DNA of 64,000 nt from Kiritimatiellia bacterium (GTDB lineage: Bacteria; Verrucomicrobiota; Kiritimatiellia; RFP12; JBMNHG01): positions 248,001-312,000 of the forward strand of contig JBMNHG010000008.1 in the NCBI GenBank assembly GCA_050950285.1. The letters are read 5' to 3'. A program made the translations under genes and the position numbers. The stretch's first letter is position 1; each line of letters begins with the position of its first letter. Below, one piece after another: positions 59,005-64,000 of this stretch. The notes under the pieces were generated by a model. The model ran no database searches and was not told where the DNA came from. It saw nothing but the letters and a program-made list of their open reading frames with translations.

Positions 59005-60434
59005 AGCCGACGGCCGCCAATCTGCTCTGGTATCTCGCCTGTCTGCCGCGCTGGCGGCGTTTCCGCGCGGCGCTGCGCAATCCGGCCGCCGCGCAGCGCC
59101 AGGTGCTGGCGCGGCTGCTGCACGACAACCGCGACTCCGAGTTCGGCCGGCGACACCAGTTCCGCACCATCCGCTCGCCGGATGAATTTGCGGCGCGCGT
59201 GCCGCTCGCCGAGTACGACGATTTCGCACCGGCCATTGAAGAGGCCCGCCGGACAGGGCATTACGCGCTAGCCGCCGAGACGCCCTTCCTGCTGGAACCC
59301 ACCAGCGGCACATCGGGAACACCAAAGCTCATCCCCGCCACACGCGCCTCGCGGCGCGAGTTCGCGCGCGCCGTCCAGCCCTGGATCGCCGATCTGTACC
59401 GCGAGTATCCCGCACTGTTCCGCGGACGCCAATACTGGGTGGTCAGTCCCGCGGCACCGGTGCCAGAATCGCTGCGTGACGGCGCGATCCGTGTAGGCTT
59501 CTCGGCCGATGCCGACTACCTCGGCCCGGTGGCACGCCGGGCGGCACGGCATGTGCTGGCGTCCTCGCTGGACGAGACCGAAAACCTGCGTCTCATCTCC
59601 GTATGGCATCCCTCGTATCTCGCACGTGCCACCAGCGATTTCCAGACAGGCGCCGGGGCACGATGGCCACGGCTGCGGCTCGTGAGCTGCTGGACCGACG
59701 GCAACGCGCGCCTCTGGGCGGAACGCCTGCGCGGAGCGTTTCCAGATGTCTCGGTACAGGGCAAGGGGCTGCTGGCGACCGAGGGCTGCGTCACCATCCC
59801 GTTCCAGGGCGGCCTGCCATGCGCGGTCAGGTCGCACTTTCTCGAATTCATTGATGCGCGGACGCATTCCGTCCACGGCGTGGCGGATTTGCAGGCGGGG
59901 AGCGAATATTCGGTGGTGCTCACAACCGGCGCGGGACTCTGGCGCTGCCGCCTGCACGACCGGGTGCGCGTGACCGGATTCATGGAGGCGACCCCCTGCC
60001 TGGAGTTTCAGGGAAAGGATAACGCCGTTTCCGATCTGGTCGGCGAGAAGCTCTCCGAGGCGGATGCTGCCGCGGCACTTGCCGCGGCGGTGGCGCAGAC
60101 GGGCATCCACCCGCAATTCGCCATGTTGATTCCAGATAACACTGCGGCTCGCGGTACAGCCGGCTACGATCTGTTCCTCGAGCTCGCTCCTGAGGAGGAA
60201 GGAACCGGGGCGGCCACGACCTTCGCCGAAGCCGTCGAGGGGAGTCTGTGCGCCACGAATTACCACTACCTGAACGCGCGCCGGCTCGGACAGCTCCGCT
60301 CTCTCCGCCCAGTACCGCGCCGGCAGGCGTTGCAGGAGTGGCTGGACGCCGCGCGGCAATCCGGCGCGCGGGCCGGAACCATGAAGATACCGGCGCTGCA
60401 CGTGCCTGCTTCTAACGTGCTGCCGAAACGTTAG
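59001..60434 (+). CDS. GH3-family adenylate-forming enzyme
   Basis: SEFGRRHQF, RVPLAEYDDF, EPTSGTSGTPKLIP, LLATEG, VVLTTGAGLWR, GEKLSE. Confidence 0.85.
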   Translation: MKPTAANLLWYLACLPRWRRFRAALRNPAAAQRQVLARLLHDNRDSEFGRRHQFRTIRSPDEFAARVPLAEYDDFAPAIEEARRTGHYALAAETPFLLEPTSGTSGTPKLIPATRASRREFARAVQPWIADLYREYPALFRGRQYWVVSPAAPVPESLRDGAIRVGFSADADYLGPVARRAARHVLASSLDETENLRLISVWHPSYLARATSDFQTGAGARWPRLRLVSCWTDGNARLWAERLRGAFPDVSVQGKGLLATEGCVTIPFQGGLPCAVRSHFLEFIDARTHSVHGVADLQAGSEYSVVLTTGAGLWRCRLHDRVRVTGFMEATPCLEFQGKDNAVSDLVGEKLSEADAAAALAAAVAQTGIHPQFAMLIPDNTAARGTAGYDLFLELAPEEEGTGAATTFAEAVEGSLCATNYHYLNARRLGQLRSLRPVPRRQALQEWLDAARQSGARAGTMKIPALHVPASNVLPKR

Positions 60435-60634
60435 TCGGACTTTCGCTATTCGCGGTCGGCAAAAACTTTTACTGGGTATGCAGTTGGCTCAACCAGACAC
60501 AACATCTTGTGGCGGCACGATTTTTATCGCGGGTTGGGGGCTGTGACGACCGCCAATAATGCTGCTAACCCGGCCACAAATAGCGCTGCTCACGGAGATT
60601 CAGGCATGAGGAGCTGGAATTTGGAGTTGGGAAA

Positions 60635-60765
60635 GGGGCACGGACATTCCTGTCCGTGTCACGGGTTGGAAAACCCGTTCCCCTGTTTTGCAGTATGAAT
60701 TGTGGCCGCCCGCCAGCCAGTAGCCAGCGCAACGCACTGGCTACTGGCTGGCGGGAGCGTTTTGT
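60635..60765. repeat. REP-like palindromes and 19-bp perfect inverted repeat
   Basis: CACGGACATTCCTGTCCGTG, ACGGGTTGGAAAACCCGT; IR 60709-60727/60737-60755 followed by T tract. Confidence 0.6.
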
Positions 60766-60955
60766 TGGTTTCCAACGACTTACGTCGTCTTTTCCGCTCG
60801 AATAGCGAAAGTCCGGCTAGTCAGACCTGTCCGACTCGTCCGACTCGCCTGACTCTTGAGCCCGCCACGCATGCAGCCTGGGGACGGCGGTCCCCGCGGG
60901 CAAATGGGGAACGGCGGTCTCCGTGCACCCCTGTCGCCAGCCGATTGCCATCCGC

Positions 60956-61825
60956 CTACCGGATCGGAACGGTATGCGGATCGGCCGGCAGGCCGGCGGC
61001 CTTGGGCACGGTGATCGTCAGCACGCCGTTCTCGTAGTGCGCGTCGACCTTGTCGGCCTGTACCGGACCGGGCAGGCTGACGGTACGCTGGAACCGGCCG
61101 GAACGCCGCTCGCGGCGCAGGGTCTTGCCGTCGGCATCCTGACTCTCGCTGTCGCTCTCGGAACTCCCGCCGATCGTCAGCAGCAGCCCCTCGACCTTGA
61201 CGTTGATATCGGACTTGTCGAGCCCCGGCATGTCGAGGCGCACGACGTAGGCATCGTCGCTTTCGGTCAGATCCATGCGCGGCGACAGCGCGCGGCCGCG
61301 AAACGCCTGCGGATCGGCACGCATCCAGTCGGATTCGTCCATCATGCGGTCCATCTGTTCCTGCATCTCGCGCAGAGCCATGAAGGGATCGCGTCTGTCG
61401 AAGAATCCGCCGCCGAAGAAGTCATCGTCGTCGAACGCATCCGGCCAGAAGCGGCCCCATCCTGGCGCGCGGTTCGGCGCCAGCCGTCCGCCCGGTCGGC
61501 GACCGACCTGCGGCGCGCGGGCATCGTCGCGGGCGGCATCGGCGCCCTGCAGGAAGTCGCGCGTCAGCGTAAAGACCCGGTCGGCCCGCGTGAAGGCGTC
61601 GCGCGCGGCCTTGCCGTCGTTGCGTTCCACGGCTTCCGAGGCGTCCTTCAGATGGCGCTGCATCTGCCCGATCATCGGAGCGACGGCCTGCAGATCGTAA
61701 TCCGCCTCGGACTTTTCCTTGTTTTCGGCTCCCGCAGCCGGAAGCGCGCCGTGTACCAGGATCAGTCCCGCCATCAGCAGGGCCGTGGTTGGACGGCTCG
61801 ATTGGGTGTGAAACGTTGTTGTCAT
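60956..61825 (-). CDS. Hsp20/alpha-crystallin protein with signal peptide and N-terminal helical extension
   Basis: PRMDLTE..YVVRLDMPGL, ERRSGRFQRTVSLP, AHYENGVLTITVPK; ALLMAGLILVHGALPAAGA. Confidence 0.88.
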   Translation of the reverse strand: MTTTFHTQSSRPTTALLMAGLILVHGALPAAGAENKEKSEADYDLQAVAPMIGQMQRHLKDASEAVERNDGKAARDAFTRADRVFTLTRDFLQGADAARDDARAPQVGRRPGGRLAPNRAPGWGRFWPDAFDDDDFFGGGFFDRRDPFMALREMQEQMDRMMDESDWMRADPQAFRGRALSPRMDLTESDDAYVVRLDMPGLDKSDINVKVEGLLLTIGGSSESDSESQDADGKTLRRERRSGRFQRTVSLPGPVQADKVDAHYENGVLTITVPKAAGLPADPHTVPIR

Positions 61826-62150
61826 TATATTTTTCCTTCCTTTCTTGTTTACGCATAAGCATCGTCTGTGCCAACCCGTTTTCCGGCGATTCTGGCCCGT
61901 TTCCCGGTCTTCCCGTGGAACATCCTGTCACGTTGCGCCCCGCCTCGGTGCGACATATTGACGCACCGCGGGGTGCAGAAGATTGCCGTCCTGGTCGCCG
62001 TCGGCAGGCGTATCATCTGGACGGCCCGCCGGGGACGTCGGTCTCCAGACGAACGGCGGCAGTTCCGGTGTCGTGAATTGTGAGACGACGGGCAAACGTA
62101 GCACATCGGCAATTCGCGGCGTGCCGTTTTTCTTTGTTTGCGGATTCGGC

Positions 62151-62921
62151 CTACAGCGTTTGGATGCCCATGCCTCCGTCCACCAGGAACACCTGGCCTG
62201 TGGAGTAGGGGAAGGCGCCGGTCGCGATGGCGGAGACGGCCTTGCCGATGTCCTCGGGGAAGCCCCAGCGACGGAGCGGGATGCCACCCTCCGCGATCAC
62301 TTGGTCGTACTTGGCCTTCACGCCGGAGGTCATGTCCGTGGCGATCACGCCGGGACGCACCTCGTACACGCCGATGCCGAACTCGGCCAGCCGCGCGGCC
62401 CACAACTGCGTGGCCATCGAGACGCCGGCCTTCGAGAGGCAGTACTCCCCGCGGTTCACCGACACCACGGTGGCCGAAATCGAGGAGATGTTCACGATGC
62501 GGCCCTGGTAGGCGGGGTCGGCCTTCTTCTGTTCGACCATCCAGCGGGCGACGGCCTGCGTGAGGAAATACGGACCCTTGAGGTTGGTCGTCATCACGAA
62601 GTCGTAGCTCTCCTCCGTGGCATCGAGGAGGTCGTTGCGGGTCTTGGGTGCAACCCCCGCATTGTTCACGTGCACGTCGAGGCGTCCGAATTCCGTCTTG
62701 GCGAAGGCCACCAGGGCCTCGCGGTGGGCGCGATCCGCCACGTCGCAGACCGCGTAGGCCACCTTGCCGCCGCAGGCGCGGAGGGCCTCGAGCGCCTCCT
62801 GGCACTCCGCCTCGGGGCGTCGTCCCGCCGCGAGCAGGTCGAAGCCCGCCTTGGCGAGCGCCGTGGAGATTCCGTAGCCGATACCCCGGCAGCCGCCGGT
62901 TACAATCGCGACTTTACGCAT
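62151..62921 (-). CDS. Short-chain dehydrogenase/reductase (3-ketoacyl-ACP reductase-like)
   Basis: TGGCRGIG, NNAG, YCLSK, PGVIATDM. Confidence 0.9.
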   Translation of the reverse strand: MRKVAIVTGGCRGIGYGISTALAKAGFDLLAAGRRPEAECQEALEALRACGGKVAYAVCDVADRAHREALVAFAKTEFGRLDVHVNNAGVAPKTRNDLLDATEESYDFVMTTNLKGPYFLTQAVARWMVEQKKADPAYQGRIVNISSISATVVSVNRGEYCLSKAGVSMATQLWAARLAEFGIGVYEVRPGVIATDMTSGVKAKYDQVIAEGGIPLRRWGFPEDIGKAVSAIATGAFPYSTGQVFLVDGGMGIQTL

Positions 62922-62979
62922 GGGGGAAGTCCTTCCGAAAGGGTGGGGGGTGAGTGGGTGGGAAGCGCTGGGCGGCGTC

Positions 62980-63933
62980 CTAGAATCCCAGGAGCCGTTC
63001 CAGCTGGAGGTCTCGGGCTCCGCCGAGCCGGACAGCCTCGCGATAGTGGGCTTCGGCGGACGCCTCCTCGCCGCGGGAAAGCATCAGCGCCGCCATGTCG
63101 AAGTAGGCGGCGGGGAGTTTCGGGTTCAAGCGGATCGCCTTGTCCAGCGCCAGCAGGGCGTAGTCGAAGCGCCCCGTGGACTGGTAGACGGCGGCCAGGG
63201 CCAGGAGCACGGCCTCGTCCTTTTCTTCGGCCAGCAGATCCTCGAGGGCCACGAGCGCTTCGTCGTACCGGTACTGGCGGCAGCGGATCACGCCCATCAT
63301 CAGCCTTGCCGAACGGTTCTGCGGGTCGGCGCGGAGAACCTCGACCATCGCGGCGGCGGCGGCATCGAGCCTTCCGGCCTCGAACAGCGAGTGGGCCTCG
63401 TGGAAGAGGGGGGCGGGATCGAAGGCCGCCGGCGGTGGACGCCCGTCCTCCTGGCCCGGGATGCTCCCGGAGTCCACGAAGGTTTCCTGGGCGCCATCGT
63501 CTAAAACGGCGGCGAGCCCGCCGCCGGCCGCAGCGCCTTCGTCTTCCGGCCAGGCGAACGGGGGAGGGGCGTCCAGGTCCAGGGAAGGCGCGGAGGGTAC
63601 GTGGGGGAGCGTCTTCCCCTCGATCAGGCGGATCTGGTCCTGGCAGTACGCGAGATGGAGGCGGGCGGTGCCGTCGTCGATGCCGGGGAAGTCCCCCTCG
63701 ACGCGCTCGAAGATGTCCGTGGCCTTCCGGTAGAGGGCGAGCGCCTGGTCGGGATTCCCGCCGTCGTAGGCGGAATCGGCCCGGGCCATGATCTTGTCCG
63801 CCTTGCGGATCGCGGAGAGGGCCTCGGACTTCGGGTTTTTGCCGAACAGCGAAAACGCCTTCGCCGAAGGCGCAAGGAGGAGGGCGGCCGCAGCCGCCAG
63901 CACCACCGGAAGAGATCTGGACAAGGATGACAT
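62980..63933 (-). CDS. Secreted tetratricopeptide-repeat protein
   Basis: Signal peptide; TPR helices (ALALYRKA, ARLMMGVI, ALDKAIRLNP, AEAHYREA). Confidence 0.8.
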   Translation of the reverse strand: MSSLSRSLPVVLAAAAALLLAPSAKAFSLFGKNPKSEALSAIRKADKIMARADSAYDGGNPDQALALYRKATDIFERVEGDFPGIDDGTARLHLAYCQDQIRLIEGKTLPHVPSAPSLDLDAPPPFAWPEDEGAAAGGGLAAVLDDGAQETFVDSGSIPGQEDGRPPPAAFDPAPLFHEAHSLFEAGRLDAAAAAMVEVLRADPQNRSARLMMGVIRCRQYRYDEALVALEDLLAEEKDEAVLLALAAVYQSTGRFDYALLALDKAIRLNPKLPAAYFDMAALMLSRGEEASAEAHYREAVRLGGARDLQLERLLGF

Positions 63934-64000
63934 GGCGGCACATAGAGTAGCAAGCCGCGGCGGCGGCGTCAAAGTTGTTCGTGCCAAGTGACCAACGATT

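Overview
High-GC, diderm, probably anaerobic bacterium (HydF, Feo, flavodoxin, LptF/G); protein styles suggest a PVC lineage such as Kiritimatiellae/Lentisphaerae, but this is inference. Layout: (1-6.2 kb) a frameshifted FG-GAP/DUF11 surface protein and a C10 peptidase; (6.3-14.5 kb) GNAT-AEP-SF2 helicase-PLD protein, hydF, LptF/G permease, two GT4s; (14.8-25.4 kb) conflict/accessory genes: SNF2 + SWIM protein with 7 AT-hooks, two AAA/DUF4143 ATPases, ADP-ribosylglycohydrolase, HipBST-like toxin-antitoxin; (25.5-43.9 kb) the most striking locus, a co-directional run with DtxR-FeoA regulator, feoA, feoB, flavodoxin and DUF2023 interleaved with four prepilins and a near-complete retractile type IV pilus machine (PilM/N-, O-, B, C, P-like, secretin, PilT), carrying two operator-like palindromes, a twice-repeated 71-nt candidate structured RNA, a DUF2946-like ORF and a prepilin with a Cys-rich leader; (44-52 kb) porin + ProU/OpuA betaine transporter, a mini-IS1634, decayed R-M genes, bracketed by a duplicated methyltransferase; (53-60.4 kb) a radical SAM x3 / GNAT-like x2 / GH3 biosynthetic operon; then exported Hsp20, SDR and TPR genes. 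No rRNA, tRNA or CRISPR array seen. All family calls are by motif recognition, not database search.
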